From: Chloroflexota bacterium
Lineage (GTDB): Bacteria > Chloroflexota > Dehalococcoidia > Bin125
Assembly (NCBI GenBank): GCA_009838915.1
Contig: VXQT01000032.1
Location: 11,016 to 75,015, forward strand
DNA: 64,000 nt
Direction of reading: 5' to 3'
Positions 44,052 to 54,067 of the stretch are shown here, piece after piece (within the stretch, counting starts at the first letter, position 1; every line of letters starts with the position of its first letter). The position numbers were made by a program, and so were the translations under genes. The notes beneath the pieces were generated by a model. It was given only the letters and a program-made list of their open reading frames with translations, searched no databases and was not told where the DNA came from.

Positions 44052-45686
44052 CTACGGCCGCATCCCGTAACGCACCCGAACGCCCAGTTGACTCGGCAGC
44101 TGCGTCTCGTAGGCGATCTTCAGCCACTCAGCCAACATTGGTCGCGTGTCTCGAGGATCGATGATGTCCTCGACCGCGAACGCCTCGGCCGCAGAGAACG
44201 GGTCGCGCAGCGCAATCAGCCGCTCTTCGATCGCCGCGCGATGCGCGACCGGATCTTCCGCTGCCTCGATTTCGCGTCGATAGGCGGCTGCGACCCCGCC
44301 CTCGATCGGCAGCGAACCCCACTCGCCCGACGGCCAGGCGATGCGGAAACAGAAGCGGCTGAAATCCTGATGCGCGCCGCCAGCGACTCCGTAGAGCCGC
44401 CGCACGACCACCGTCGCCCAGGGCACCCGCGAATCGTTGATCGCCGCCGCCGCCTTCACTCCGGCGCGCAGCGTGCCCGCCGACTCGCCCGGCCGACCGA
44501 TCAGGAATCCCGGCTGGTCGGCCAGGTTCACAATCGGCAGGTGGAAGACATCGCACATGTCGACGAATTTCTCGAACTTGCGCGCCTCCTTGGCGCCCAT
44601 CGCGCCGCCGTAGTGCATCGGATCGTTGGCCAGCACGCCGATCGGCATCCCGCCGATCCGCACGAGTCCCGTCACCTGCGCCCGACCGAAGTAGCGCCCG
44701 ATCTCGAAGAACGATCCTCGGTCAACGACCAACTCAATCATGCGGCGCACGTTGTAGCCGCGATTGCGATGCTTCGGGATGATCGAGGCGAGCCGCTCCT
44801 CCCGCCGGTCGAGTGGATCGTCATACTTCATCACCGGCGGAAGCTGATGCACGTTGGTCGGGAGGTAGGAGAGGAACCTGCGAATCTGGCGCATGGCGTC
44901 CGCCTCGTCCTCGGCGTCGTTGTCGACCACGCCGCTGCTGCGCGCGTGGACCTCGTAGCCGCCCAATTCCTCCTTGGTCAGCTTCTCGCCCATCGACCGT
45001 TCGACCAGCGGCGGACCGCCGGCGAACACTTGCGACGAGCCGCGCACCATCACCGAGAAGTGCGAGGCCGGAACCTCCGCCGCCGGCAGACCCGCGACCG
45101 AACCCAGCGCCGCCGAGACCACCGGCGACTGCGACATCAACGTGCCCCAGCGCTCAGGCCAGAACAGCTCCGGCAGGTAGGTCCGACCCATCTCGGCGGT
45201 CGCGCGGATGTCGCCGCCGAACCCGTCGATCAGGCGGATCATCGGGATCTTCATTTCGATCGCCAGCGACTCGATATGCCCCGACTTGTCGCCGCCGCTG
45301 TGAATCCGAATCTTGCCGCCGTTCCCCGACTCGGCCTCGGAGCCGCTGCGCGGCCGCGAGGTGAAGTCGCCGCCCGACACCGCGACCGGACGTCCATCGA
45401 TCTGTCCGGTGCCGATCACGGTCGCCGCCGGATGAAACCCAACCAGTTCGCCGTCGTCGTCGTAGTAGCCGGCGCCCGCCAGGATGCCGCGCTCGCGGAA
45501 CGAATCCTGGTCGAGCAGCAGGTCGATTCGCTCACGAACCGTGAGATTGCCCCGCTCATGCTGCTGCTGTACGCGGTCCGCGCCGCCCATCTGCTTCGCC
45601 AACTCACGTCGGCGCTCAATCTGATCAATCTCCGCTTGCCAGATTGACTCTGAGGACTCAGCCCTGGCTTTGGTCTGGTCTGCCAT
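44052..45686 (-). CDS. Acyl-CoA carboxylase carboxyltransferase (beta) subunit, second paralogue
   Basis: AKQMGGADRVQQQHERGNLTVRERIDLLLDQDSF opening and CT domain throughout. Start taken at MADQTK (ATG 45686). Confidence 0.85.
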   Translation of the reverse strand: MADQTKARAESSESIWQAEIDQIERRRELAKQMGGADRVQQQHERGNLTVRERIDLLLDQDSFRERGILAGAGYYDDDGELVGFHPAATVIGTGQIDGRPVAVSGGDFTSRPRSGSEAESGNGGKIRIHSGGDKSGHIESLAIEMKIPMIRLIDGFGGDIRATAEMGRTYLPELFWPERWGTLMSQSPVVSAALGSVAGLPAAEVPASHFSVMVRGSSQVFAGGPPLVERSMGEKLTKEELGGYEVHARSSGVVDNDAEDEADAMRQIRRFLSYLPTNVHQLPPVMKYDDPLDRREERLASIIPKHRNRGYNVRRMIELVVDRGSFFEIGRYFGRAQVTGLVRIGGMPIGVLANDPMHYGGAMGAKEARKFEKFVDMCDVFHLPIVNLADQPGFLIGRPGESAGTLRAGVKAAAAINDSRVPWATVVVRRLYGVAGGAHQDFSRFCFRIAWPSGEWGSLPIEGGVAAAYRREIEAAEDPVAHRAAIEERLIALRDPFSAAEAFAVEDIIDPRDTRPMLAEWLKIAYETQLPSQLGVRVRYGMRP

Positions 45687-45787
45687 GATCTTCTCCCAGT
45701 ACTCACTGAAGTATCGCCCAGGTCGGACGCAACGCGAATCGGCGCTATCTTCAGTGCAACCTGATACGGCAATCCCGGAGGCCGGAA

Positions 45788-46600
45788 ATGCCCACATCCG
45801 CCATCTCAATCGAACCCCTGACGCCCAGCATTGGCGCGACCGTGCACGGCGTCGATCTGACCCAGCCGCTCGACGAAGAGACCTTCCAGTTCATCCACGA
45901 CGCCTGGATGGAACACCTGGTGCTCTTCTTCCGCGATCAGCCGATGACTCCGGACCAACACCTGACCTTCGGGCGCATGTTCGGCGACCTGCACATTCAT
46001 CCCGCCGCGCCGTACGAGCACGGCAACCCCGAACTCATGCGCATCTACACCGACAAAGACTCGTTCCGCAACAACGGCGAGCGCTGGCACTCGGATGTCT
46101 CTGCGGACGAAGAACCGCCGATGGCGTCCATCCTGCACATCCACAGCATCCCCTCACAGGGCGGCGACACCTGCTGGTCCAACATGTACGCCGCCTGGGA
46201 CGGGCTCTCGCCGCAGATGCAGGCGCTGCTCGAGCCGCTCACCGCGCTACACGCCGCCGACTACTCCGGACAGTACGGAGACCACAAGCCGCAGCGCGAG
46301 TCGCCGCGCGCCGTCCACCCGATCGCGCGCACCCATCCGGTCACGGGACGTAAGGCGCTGTTCGTCAACTCCAGCTTTACCAGGCGGATTAACGAACTGC
46401 CGATCGAGGAGAGCGACGCGCTACTCGGATTCCTCTTCGAGCACGTCAAAAACGTCAACTTCCACTGCCGATTCAAGTGGGAGGCCAACTCGGTCGCCCT
46501 CTGGGACAACCGCTGCACCCAGCACATGGCGATCTGGGACTACTACCCGGAGTCTCGAGGCGGCATTCGCGTCACCGTCAAGGGCGACAAGCCTTTCTGA
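45788..46600 (+). CDS. TauD/TfdA-family Fe(II)/2-oxoglutarate-dependent dioxygenase
   Basis: 270 aa. WHSDVS (HxD facial triad), GGDTCWSNM, and a C-terminal region typical of taurine dioxygenase relatives. Confidence 0.85.
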   Translation: MPTSAISIEPLTPSIGATVHGVDLTQPLDEETFQFIHDAWMEHLVLFFRDQPMTPDQHLTFGRMFGDLHIHPAAPYEHGNPELMRIYTDKDSFRNNGERWHSDVSADEEPPMASILHIHSIPSQGGDTCWSNMYAAWDGLSPQMQALLEPLTALHAADYSGQYGDHKPQRESPRAVHPIARTHPVTGRKALFVNSSFTRRINELPIEESDALLGFLFEHVKNVNFHCRFKWEANSVALWDNRCTQHMAIWDYYPESRGGIRVTVKGDKPF

Positions 46601-46627
46601 CCGCTTCGAACAGCTGGGGATCGGAAG

Positions 46628-46762
46628 CTCCCTCTCCCCCCGCGCCAGCGGGGGGAGATGTCCCGTAGGGACATAGGGGGGCACGCCCGAAGTCGTGCGC
46701 GCGGAGCCCCCTTCTGTCTTCGGCATCTCCCCCCGCCTGACGGCGAGGGGAGAGGGGAGTCG
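46628..46762. repeat. Two REP-like family 1 units in opposite orientation between convergent genes
   Basis: 46628-46686 is the reverse complement of 7121-7182 with a few mismatches. 46701-46762 is a more diverged direct-orientation copy (GCCCCCTTCTGTC...CATCTCCCCCCGC...GGGGAGAGGGGA). Confidence 0.75.
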
Positions 46763-47806
46763 TCAGCCGATCGCCAGTCCGGCCAGATCACGCGCCGTGT
46801 CCCTTGAGACGTCGGGGCAGGTCATGGGGAAGACCTCGGTGCCGTGGATCGTGCCCATCACCTGGCGGCAGCGGGCGGGCACGCCCGACTCGAGCAAGAG
46901 GCGGTAGAAGGCGATGCCCTCGTCCCTGAGCGGGTCGCACTCATTGACTGAGATCACCGTGGTCGGCAGACCGATCACGTCCTCCGCCGACGCGAACAGC
47001 GGCCAGGCGAGCGGGTCCTCGGCCTCGAACGCCTCGATCCCGTAACCCATCGCACCCGTGTTGTTGTGCAGGTCGAGCAGGATGCCGTTGTTCTCAATCG
47101 TCGAGGGCAGGTCGTCTCGCGGCCAGCTTCCGGCGATGTAGGGGCAGAGCGCGTACAAACCCTTGACCAGGCCAATGTCGCCCTCGCGCAAGAGCTTCAT
47201 TCCCGTCGCTAGGGTCAGATTCCCGCCGCCGCTCTCGCCGGCGATGATGATTCGCGAGCGGTCAATTCCCAGCCGCTCGGCGTTCTCCGACAGCCAGCGC
47301 AGACCCGAGGCGCAGTCGTTGAGGCCGGCCGGGTAGGGCGCGACCTCGGGCGCCGACGACGGCGTCACGGCGTTGCGGAAGTCGACCATCGCCACGGCGA
47401 CGCCGTTCTGCGCGATGATCCGTCCCCAAGCCTTGTAGTTGCCGTCGTAGCACGACATTGACGCCATGCCGCCGCCGTGGATGTAGTAGACCCCCGGCAG
47501 TGGTCCGTCCGACGTTCCGTTCCCGTTGGGCACAATCATCTGCACGTTGATCGTGTTGCCGTCGGGCGCGGAGACGAAGGTTTCGGTCGTGATCGTCAGA
47601 CCGTCGGAGGGGGCGATTTCCTCCGTGTCGCTCATGCCCAGGAACGCTGCCAGACCCTCGCGCATGGCGACCGCTTCGTCCGAGCTTGCCTGCGCCAGGA
47701 TCTCCTCGCGGCTGGCCGCGTCGGGCTGGCCGGGGATGTCCAGCTCGCCGAACATCGCCTTGATTCGCGGGTCGATCCGTGGGTCTTCCGAGAGCTTGCT
47801 CATCAT
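46763..47806 (-). CDS. Alpha/beta hydrolase, hormone-sensitive-lipase-type esterase
   Basis: HGGG oxyanion motif (YYIHGGGM) and GESGGG nucleophile elbow. Start ATG 47806 is tentative. Confidence 0.8.
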   Translation of the reverse strand: MMSKLSEDPRIDPRIKAMFGELDIPGQPDAASREEILAQASSDEAVAMREGLAAFLGMSDTEEIAPSDGLTITTETFVSAPDGNTINVQMIVPNGNGTSDGPLPGVYYIHGGGMASMSCYDGNYKAWGRIIAQNGVAVAMVDFRNAVTPSSAPEVAPYPAGLNDCASGLRWLSENAERLGIDRSRIIIAGESGGGNLTLATGMKLLREGDIGLVKGLYALCPYIAGSWPRDDLPSTIENNGILLDLHNNTGAMGYGIEAFEAEDPLAWPLFASAEDVIGLPTTVISVNECDPLRDEGIAFYRLLLESGVPARCRQVMGTIHGTEVFPMTCPDVSRDTARDLAGLAIG

Positions 47807-47941
47807 CGCCGCCTTCCAGCCGGTCCTATGTCTGGGCACAAGCTACTACTCGGATAGGCCCTGTCCCTGACTTGCTCAGGGACCCGCTCGGCTTACGCCC
47901 TAGCCTGAGCGGAACCGCACAATAGAAAGGACGCGCGACGC

Positions 47942-48265
47942 ATGAGCAACATCGCCATCTGGGTCAAGGTGAAGGTCAAGCGGGAAGGGCTGGACAAGTT
48001 CCTGCACGCGATCGAGGTCGACGCGCTCGGCTCGGAGGGAGACGAACCGGGCTGCCTGCGTTTCAACGTCTTGCAGGACGCCGCGGACGAACTGACCTAC
48101 TACTTCTACGAGGTCTACGAGGACGAAGCCGCGCTGGACGCCCATCGCCAGGCCCCGCACTACGCCGTCTGGTCCGCCGCCCGCGACACCCTCGACGGAG
48201 ACATCGAGATCACAAGAACCGCCACGGTCTTTCCGTCCGATCAGGGCTACTGGTCGAAGGGCTGA
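47942..48265 (+). CDS. Antibiotic biosynthesis monooxygenase (ABM) domain protein
   Basis: 107 aa. Ferredoxin-like ABM pattern (YYFYEVYEDEAALDAHRQAPHY). Confidence 0.7.
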   Translation: MSNIAIWVKVKVKREGLDKFLHAIEVDALGSEGDEPGCLRFNVLQDAADELTYYFYEVYEDEAALDAHRQAPHYAVWSAARDTLDGDIEITRTATVFPSDQGYWSKG

Positions 48266-48271
48266 GCGGGG

Positions 48272-48811
48272 TCAGGGGCGGGGGGAGGGCTTGAGCTGGA
48301 GCGGCAGGCCGGCGGCGATGAAGGTGACTTCGTCGGCGTTGGCGGCGATCTGTTGATTGACCCTGCCGAGCTGATCGGCAAAAGCGCGGCCCAGGGGAGT
48401 TGACGGCACGATGCCGAGGCCGACCTCGTTGCTGACCACGATCCAGGATGAGTCGCCGTCCTGATAGCAGTCGAGCAGGCGGGAGGTCTCGTCGAGGACG
48501 TTGAGGTCGGATTGGGCCAGCATCAGGTTGGTGACCCAGAGCGTAAGACAGTCGAGCAACACAACCTCGTAGCGGTCGGCGACGGGAGCGAGTTCACCGA
48601 CGATGTCCAGCGGTGTTTCCAGCGTGTCCCACTCGGCCGGCCGATCCTTGCGATGCTTCTGAATCCGCGCCGACATGTCATCGTCCAACGCCTCGGCCGT
48701 GGCCACAAACAGCACTCGACCTGCTCTAGCTCGCTCATGCGCCAGGCGTTGGGCGTATGTGCTCTTGCCGGCGCGCCGACCGCCGAGGATCAGGGTCAGT
48801 CGCTTGCTCAC
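48272..48811 (-). CDS. cobU: Adenosylcobinamide kinase / adenosylcobinamide-phosphate guanylyltransferase
   Basis: P-loop ILGGRRAGKSTYA, SNEVGLGIVP motif, ~180 aa. Confidence 0.88.
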   Translation of the reverse strand: MSKRLTLILGGRRAGKSTYAQRLAHERARAGRVLFVATAEALDDDMSARIQKHRKDRPAEWDTLETPLDIVGELAPVADRYEVVLLDCLTLWVTNLMLAQSDLNVLDETSRLLDCYQDGDSSWIVVSNEVGLGIVPSTPLGRAFADQLGRVNQQIAANADEVTFIAAGLPLQLKPSPRP

Positions 48812-48814
48812 GGC

Positions 48815-49492
48815 TTACTCCTCCTCGGTCGGGTCGAGGTCGTCCAGGTGTCCCGTGTCGTTCCACAACTCGAGGACGCCGGTCTCGGGATAGGTGCCTA
48901 CGATTGAGAGCGCGGCGACATCCAGCCGCACGCGCCAGAAGTGCTCGGGCGGCAGATCAAGCAGGCAGACCAGCAGCGCCCGCAGGCTGCCGCCGTGTCC
49001 GACGACCAGCACTGCCTCGTCCGGCGCGTGACGCTGCGCGGTCTCTGCATGGAAGCGGCGCACGCGCTCGAGCACGTCGAAGGTGTTCTCGCCGCCCGGT
49101 CCGGCAAAGTCCTCGCTGCGGCCGGACAGTCGGCGCGAGAGCCGATCGGCGTCGCGGGCCTCGACCTCGGCGATGGTCAGGCCTTCCCACTCGCCGTAGG
49201 AGAACTCGCGCAGCTCCGGAGTCGCCAGGACCTGCGGGTCGGACCCATCGACCAGCAGGCGCGCGCTCTGCATCGTGCGCGAGAGATCGCTGGCGTAGAC
49301 GGCTGCGAAACTGGTCCCGTTCAGCCGCCTGCCCAGTGCGGCGATCTGACGCCGGCCTCGCGCGTTGAGCGGGATGTCGCTCTGCCCCTGGATGCGCCGA
49401 GCGCGGTTCCAGTCCGTCTCCCCGTGCCGGACCAGGTACCAGGTCAGGGACTGGACTTGCTCAACAGGTTGGCGACTGGCTTCATTGGTCAT
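48815..49492 (-). CDS. cobC: Histidine phosphatase family protein, probable alpha-ribazole phosphatase
   Basis: RHGETDWN catalytic motif and a position between cobS and cobU. Start taken at MTNEAS (ATG 49492). Confidence 0.7.
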   Translation of the reverse strand: MTNEASRQPVEQVQSLTWYLVRHGETDWNRARRIQGQSDIPLNARGRRQIAALGRRLNGTSFAAVYASDLSRTMQSARLLVDGSDPQVLATPELREFSYGEWEGLTIAEVEARDADRLSRRLSGRSEDFAGPGGENTFDVLERVRRFHAETAQRHAPDEAVLVVGHGGSLRALLVCLLDLPPEHFWRVRLDVAALSIVGTYPETGVLELWNDTGHLDDLDPTEEE

Positions 49493-49502
49493 GACTCCAT
49501 GC

Positions 49503-50264
49503 CTACCAGATGGGCGCGCTAAAGAGATCGGGCAGGGCGGGTGCGAGCGCAATGCCGAGGAGCAGCGCGAGCACTTCGCTCAGCTCGTTGACCGCGCCGT
49601 AGGCGTCTCCGGTCATGCCGCCGAGCTTGCCCACGAGCCAGCGTCCCAGGCCCAGCGCCGCGACCGAGACCGCGCCGAGCAGGACGAGTCCGCCGGGTCC
49701 GAGGAAGACAACCGACGCCGAAACCGCCGTGAGCAACCCCATGGCAACGTGCCACGGTGGACCGTCCTGCTGCAGCGAGGCGCCTACGCCCTGGGCTCGC
49801 GCGTAGCGGAAGGCGACCATGGTCAGCAGCATGCCGAATCGTGAGAGGACGGGAAACGCCAGCAGGAGGCCGATGCGCGCGTCGTCGGGCGTGCTCGCGA
49901 GCAGGCTCCACTTCACCGCGATCAGCGCCGCGCCGCCGATCACGGCGAAGGCGCCAACGTGCGTGTCGCGCAGGATGCGCAGTCGATCCTCGGCCGTGTA
50001 TCCACCGAAGAGGCCGTCGCAGCAGTCGAGGAATCCCTCGGCGTGAAGCGCACGGGTCAGGATCAGCAGCGCGCAGAGCAACAGCGCCCCGATGACGATC
50101 GGCGGCAGTCCCTCGCGAGCGGCGGCGTCGAGTCCGACCAGGGCCGCGCCCAGGGCGAGTCCGACGAAAGGAAACCAGGCGCGCGCCGCGCTGCCCGGCG
50201 GCTCGCCGGCCGGCGTGACCGGCAGGATCGTGAGGAAGCCGAACGCGTGCCGCAGGCTGTTCAC
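49503..50264 (-). CDS. cobS: Adenosylcobinamide-GDP ribazoletransferase (cobalamin synthase)
   Basis: AFGFLTILPV motif and a polytopic membrane protein. GTG 50264 overlaps the cobT stop (GTGA). The ORF-track start at 50330 would overlap cobT by 70 nt. Confidence 0.85.
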   Translation of the reverse strand: MNSLRHAFGFLTILPVTPAGEPPGSAARAWFPFVGLALGAALVGLDAAAREGLPPIVIGALLLCALLILTRALHAEGFLDCCDGLFGGYTAEDRLRILRDTHVGAFAVIGGAALIAVKWSLLASTPDDARIGLLLAFPVLSRFGMLLTMVAFRYARAQGVGASLQQDGPPWHVAMGLLTAVSASVVFLGPGGLVLLGAVSVAALGLGRWLVGKLGGMTGDAYGAVNELSEVLALLLGIALAPALPDLFSAPIW

Positions 50265-51328
50265 TCGCGAGGCTCGTTCGTCGCGTCCGAGACTCCCGCC
50301 TCTCCGAACGTGGCCATCTCGTTGAGGCAAGCGGCCGCCGCATCCACGATGCCCATGGCCAGCAGTGCGCCCGATCCCTCGCCGAGCCGCATGTCGAGAT
50401 CAAGCAGCGGCTTCAGCCGTAACTGTTCCAGGGCGATGCCGTGTCCGCGCTCCGCCGAGCGATGGCCGGCAATCAGATAGTCGCGGCTCATGGGCACAAT
50501 CGACTGTGCGACGAGCGCAGCCGCAGCCGTGATGAATCCGTCCAGCACGACGGGCGTACGCCGCGAGGCCGCGCCCAGCACGACCCCGGCCAGGACGCCA
50601 ATCTCGAATCCGCCGAGTGTGCGCAGCACGTCCACACCGTCCGTCGGATCAGGCCGGTTAACGGCAATCGCCTGTTTGACCACGGCAACTTTCCTGGCAA
50701 GCTGTTCATCGCTGCGCGACGCGCCTCGCCCAGTGACGTTCTCTGCCGGACGTCCGCAGAGCACCGAGACTACTGCTGCGGCTGAGGTCGTGTTGGCGAT
50801 GCCCATGTCTCCGACGCCGATGATGTCGTCGTAGGCCGCCGCGGCGCGCGCGATCCTGGCGCCCGCGTCGAGCGCCGTTTCAGCCTGCTCCAGCGTCATC
50901 GCCGGGCCTTCAGCGATGTTCTGCGTTCCGAATCCCAGCCGCAGCGAGACCAGCTCGTCCGAGGGACCGACCGGCACGGCGACTCCGGCGTCGACGATGG
51001 TCAGATCGACGCCGGCTCGCTGCGCCAGCGTGTTCACGGCCGCGCCACCCTGGAGGTAGTTCTGCACCATCTGCGCAGTGACTTCTTGCGGATAGCTGCT
51101 CACGCCGCTCGCTGCGACGCCGTGATCGGCGGCAGCCAGGATCAGCTTCTTGCGATAGGCGCGCGGATGCTCGTCGCCTTGCATGCCGGCTAGCAGGATT
51201 GACAGCTCCTCCAACCTTCCCAGGCTGCCCGGCGGCTTCGTCAACTGCCGCTGGCGCTGCTCCGCCGCCGTCATGGCTTCGCGGTCGAGCGGTTCGATGA
51301 TCCGGAGGATGTCGTCGAGCATGATCAT
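50261..51328 (-). CDS. cobT: Nicotinate-nucleotide--dimethylbenzimidazole phosphoribosyltransferase
   Basis: LTKPPGSLGRLEEL and GDMGIANTTSAAA motifs. Confidence 0.9.
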   Translation of the reverse strand: MIMLDDILRIIEPLDREAMTAAEQRQRQLTKPPGSLGRLEELSILLAGMQGDEHPRAYRKKLILAAADHGVAASGVSSYPQEVTAQMVQNYLQGGAAVNTLAQRAGVDLTIVDAGVAVPVGPSDELVSLRLGFGTQNIAEGPAMTLEQAETALDAGARIARAAAAYDDIIGVGDMGIANTTSAAAVVSVLCGRPAENVTGRGASRSDEQLARKVAVVKQAIAVNRPDPTDGVDVLRTLGGFEIGVLAGVVLGAASRRTPVVLDGFITAAAALVAQSIVPMSRDYLIAGHRSAERGHGIALEQLRLKPLLDLDMRLGEGSGALLAMGIVDAAAACLNEMATFGEAGVSDATNEPRE

Positions 51329-51347
51329 CTCAAGAGACCCGCGCTCC

Positions 51348-51929
51348 CTAGAACTCGATGCCCGGCTGGGCCTTGATCCCCTGATCTTCGAACGGATGCT
51401 TGATCAGTGTCATCTCGGTAACCAGATCGGCGTAGTCGATCAGTTCCTGCGGCGCGTAACGGCCGGTGATGATCACGTGCATCGCCTCGGGACGCTGCTT
51501 GAGCGTCTCGATCACATCGCTCACGGCGACCCACTCGTAGTGCATCGCATAAGTGAACTCGTCGAGCACGATCAGGTCTTCCTCGCCCGCCAGGATCGCC
51601 TGCTTGCAGCGCTCCCACTGGGCGACGGCGAGGGCCGTCGTCTCGTCCATGTCCTTGGACAGCCAGGTGAAGCCGTCGCCCAACGACTCGATCGGCAGGC
51701 CGATCCGCTCGGCCGCGCGATGCTCGCCGAAGCGGGCGGTCGAGTGCTTGATGAACTGGAACATGCGCACGTTGAAGTCGCGGCCCCAGGCGCGGAAGAG
51801 CACGCCGAGCGCAGCCGTCGTCTTGCCCTTGCCGTCGCCTGTGTTGACGATCACCAGTCCGCGACGCACACGCGGACCTCGAGGCGCGGGCCGTTCCGGC
51901 GCCTGACCGGGATTCCTAGCTGATGACAC
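51348..51929 (-). CDS. cobO: Cob(I)yrinic acid a,c-diamide / cob(I)alamin adenosyltransferase
   Basis: GLVIVNTGDGKGKTTAALG P-loop and the LDEFTYA motif. Confidence 0.88.
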   Translation of the reverse strand: MSSARNPGQAPERPAPRGPRVRRGLVIVNTGDGKGKTTAALGVLFRAWGRDFNVRMFQFIKHSTARFGEHRAAERIGLPIESLGDGFTWLSKDMDETTALAVAQWERCKQAILAGEEDLIVLDEFTYAMHYEWVAVSDVIETLKQRPEAMHVIITGRYAPQELIDYADLVTEMTLIKHPFEDQGIKAQPGIEF

Positions 51930-52854
51930 CGGCGGCCTCGCTCTCGTCGCGGCGCGGAATGCCGGCTTCCCGCGCGGACGCAGTCTCGCCGACGCCGAGA
52001 TCCGCGTCGGGCTCCTCGTCCACTGCGGCGATCAGGCTGACCATCAGCGCACCCGTCGCGGGGTCGCGATGAATCTCGGAGCGAACGCCGAAGGCGTCTT
52101 CAATCGTCCCGGGCGTCAGCACCTCTGCCGCAATGCCCTCGGCCAGGACCCGACCCTCGGCCAGCACGACGAGCCGATCGCAGAAGCGGGCGGCGAGATT
52201 GAGATCGTGGATCGCGGCCACTGCCGTCAGTCCATCGTCAACGAGCCGGCGCACCAGCGACATGATCTTGAGCTGATGCAGAATGTCGAGGTTAGAGGTC
52301 GGCTCGTCCAGCAGTAGAACTCTCGGCTCCTGCGCCAGCGCGCGGGCGATGAAGACGCGCTGGCGCTCGCCGCCCGAGAGCGTGTCCAGCGTCCGTTCGG
52401 CAAAGCGATCGGTCTCGGTCAACCGCATCGCCTCGCCTGCGATCCGGTCGTCGTCTTCGCCCTCGACTTGCAGCCGTCCGAGGTGCGGATAGCGGCCCAT
52501 CAGCACCAGCTCGAACGTCGTGAATCCCTGTGTGTAGGGCGCGATCTGCGGGACCAGCGCCAACGTTGACGCGATCCGCTTCGCGCCCAGAGTGCGCAGA
52601 TCCTCGCCTTCAAGACTGATCGCCCCTTGCTCAATCTTGAGCACACTGGAGATGGCGCGCAACAGCGTCGACTTGCCCGCGCCGTTTGGACCGATCAGTC
52701 CCACGAACTGTCCGCGTCTGGCCTGCAGATCGACACGGTCGAGCAGCCGCTTGGCCTCGACGCTGAACGAGACCGCTTGCGCATCGATCGCGGACGGCGA
52801 CGCGCCGTTGGGCGTACTCACAGACCGTTCTCCCTTCGGCGGCGCGTCGGTCAC
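51916..52854 (-). CDS. ABC transporter ATP-binding protein (FecE/BtuD-like)
   Basis: Walker A GPNGAGKST, signature LSGGERQRV, Walker B LLLDEPTS. Downstream of a B12 riboswitch. Confidence 0.88.
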   Translation of the reverse strand: MTDAPPKGERSVSTPNGASPSAIDAQAVSFSVEAKRLLDRVDLQARRGQFVGLIGPNGAGKSTLLRAISSVLKIEQGAISLEGEDLRTLGAKRIASTLALVPQIAPYTQGFTTFELVLMGRYPHLGRLQVEGEDDDRIAGEAMRLTETDRFAERTLDTLSGGERQRVFIARALAQEPRVLLLDEPTSNLDILHQLKIMSLVRRLVDDGLTAVAAIHDLNLAARFCDRLVVLAEGRVLAEGIAAEVLTPGTIEDAFGVRSEIHRDPATGALMVSLIAAVDEEPDADLGVGETASAREAGIPRRDESEAAGVIS

Positions 52855-53939
52855 AGCGAATAGACCTGTCGCTTATTGCGGATCAGCAAGAAGATGAAGA
52901 ACGGCGCGCCGACGAACGCGGTCAGTACGCCCAGGCGGAACTCCGCCGGCGCGATGATCGTGCGCGCCACCGTGTCGACGGCGAGGACGAACACCGCGCC
53001 GCCCAGGGCGCTCATGGGAATCAAGACCCGATTGTCCGGGCCCAGCAGCAGACGCATGATGTGCGGAATGACCAAGCCGACGAATGCGATTACGCCGCTG
53101 ACGGCCACCGCAGCGCCGGTCGCCAGCGCGGCCGTGACCAGCAACAGCACCCGCATCCGACCGACCCGCACGCCCATCGAGCGCGCCTCGTCGTCACCCA
53201 GCATCAGCAAGTTCAGGTCGCGAGACAGCAGCAGCAGCAGGAACGCGCTGCCGAGAATCAGCGGCGACGCGATCCTGGCGTGGTCCCAGGACCGCGAGTC
53301 GAGTCCGCCCGCGAGCCAGAACAGCACTTCGCGCAGCGCCTCGTTGTCAGGCAGGAACAGAATGATCGCCGAAACCACGGCGCCGAGAAACGCGTTGATC
53401 GCGACGCCGGCCAGCAGCAATGTCGCCATCGAGAATCGGCCGCCGATCGCTGCGATCGCGTAGACGAGGAACGCGGCCGCGATCGCGCCGACGAAGGCGA
53501 ACACCGGCAGCGCCATCAGGAACAGCGCCGCCGCCCCCGTTGAGATCGCCACCACCGCCCCCAGCGCGCCGCCGGCCGAGACGCCGATGATCCCCGGATC
53601 GGCCATCGGATTGCGGAACAGCCCCTGCATCGTCGCGCCAGCCACGCCCAGGGCGATACCCACCGACGCTCCCACCACCAGCCGCGGCAGGCGGATCTGT
53701 TCAATGACCAGTTGCTCGGTGCGCCCGAAGTCGGGCACGTCGATCCCAAGTGGCGAGAACAGGATCCAGGCGACATGCGTGAGCGGAATCTCGACCGGAC
53801 CAAGGCCGAGCGAGACCAGCCCGACGACAATCACCAGCGCGAGCAGCGCCACAGTACCGACAGCAAGCCGAGTGCCAACGCCCATCCGGCGGTAACCGCG
53901 GAGCGTCGGTCGGCGAGACATCCAGGAGGGAGGCGACAT
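52851..53939 (-). CDS. FecCD-family ABC permease (BtuC-like)
   Basis: Polytopic FecCD pattern (RLPRLVVGASVGIALGVAGATMQGLFRNPMADPGIIGVS). The start is uncertain (ATG 53939 or 53921). The ORF-track start at 54062 abuts the riboswitch. Confidence 0.85.
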   Translation of the reverse strand: MSPPSWMSRRPTLRGYRRMGVGTRLAVGTVALLALVIVVGLVSLGLGPVEIPLTHVAWILFSPLGIDVPDFGRTEQLVIEQIRLPRLVVGASVGIALGVAGATMQGLFRNPMADPGIIGVSAGGALGAVVAISTGAAALFLMALPVFAFVGAIAAAFLVYAIAAIGGRFSMATLLLAGVAINAFLGAVVSAIILFLPDNEALREVLFWLAGGLDSRSWDHARIASPLILGSAFLLLLLSRDLNLLMLGDDEARSMGVRVGRMRVLLLVTAALATGAAVAVSGVIAFVGLVIPHIMRLLLGPDNRVLIPMSALGGAVFVLAVDTVARTIIAPAEFRLGVLTAFVGAPFFIFLLIRNKRQVYSL

Positions 53940-54067
53940 TCCGGCAACGGCCAACGAGAAACCTCCAGCGTCTCCGCTAGAGGTTGTGGGTTCGACCTGA
54001 CCGGCGCTTCCGCATTCGGAGCCCGGAGATCGAGGGACCTCTCTACTGCGGAGAGTTGTCACCTCAT

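Noticed and set aside
43266-45647. 793-aa plus-strand ORF spanning the AOR and carboxyltransferase loci
   Set aside because: The composition is R/A/H/P/G-rich, typical of antisense frames in high-GC DNA, and no motif was recognised. The opposite strand encodes two proteins with clear family signatures.
53940-54062. Upstream extension of the FecCD permease ORF to 54062
   Set aside because: The extension encodes non-membrane low-complexity sequence. It also abuts the B12-box end of the riboswitch, where the expression platform should lie.
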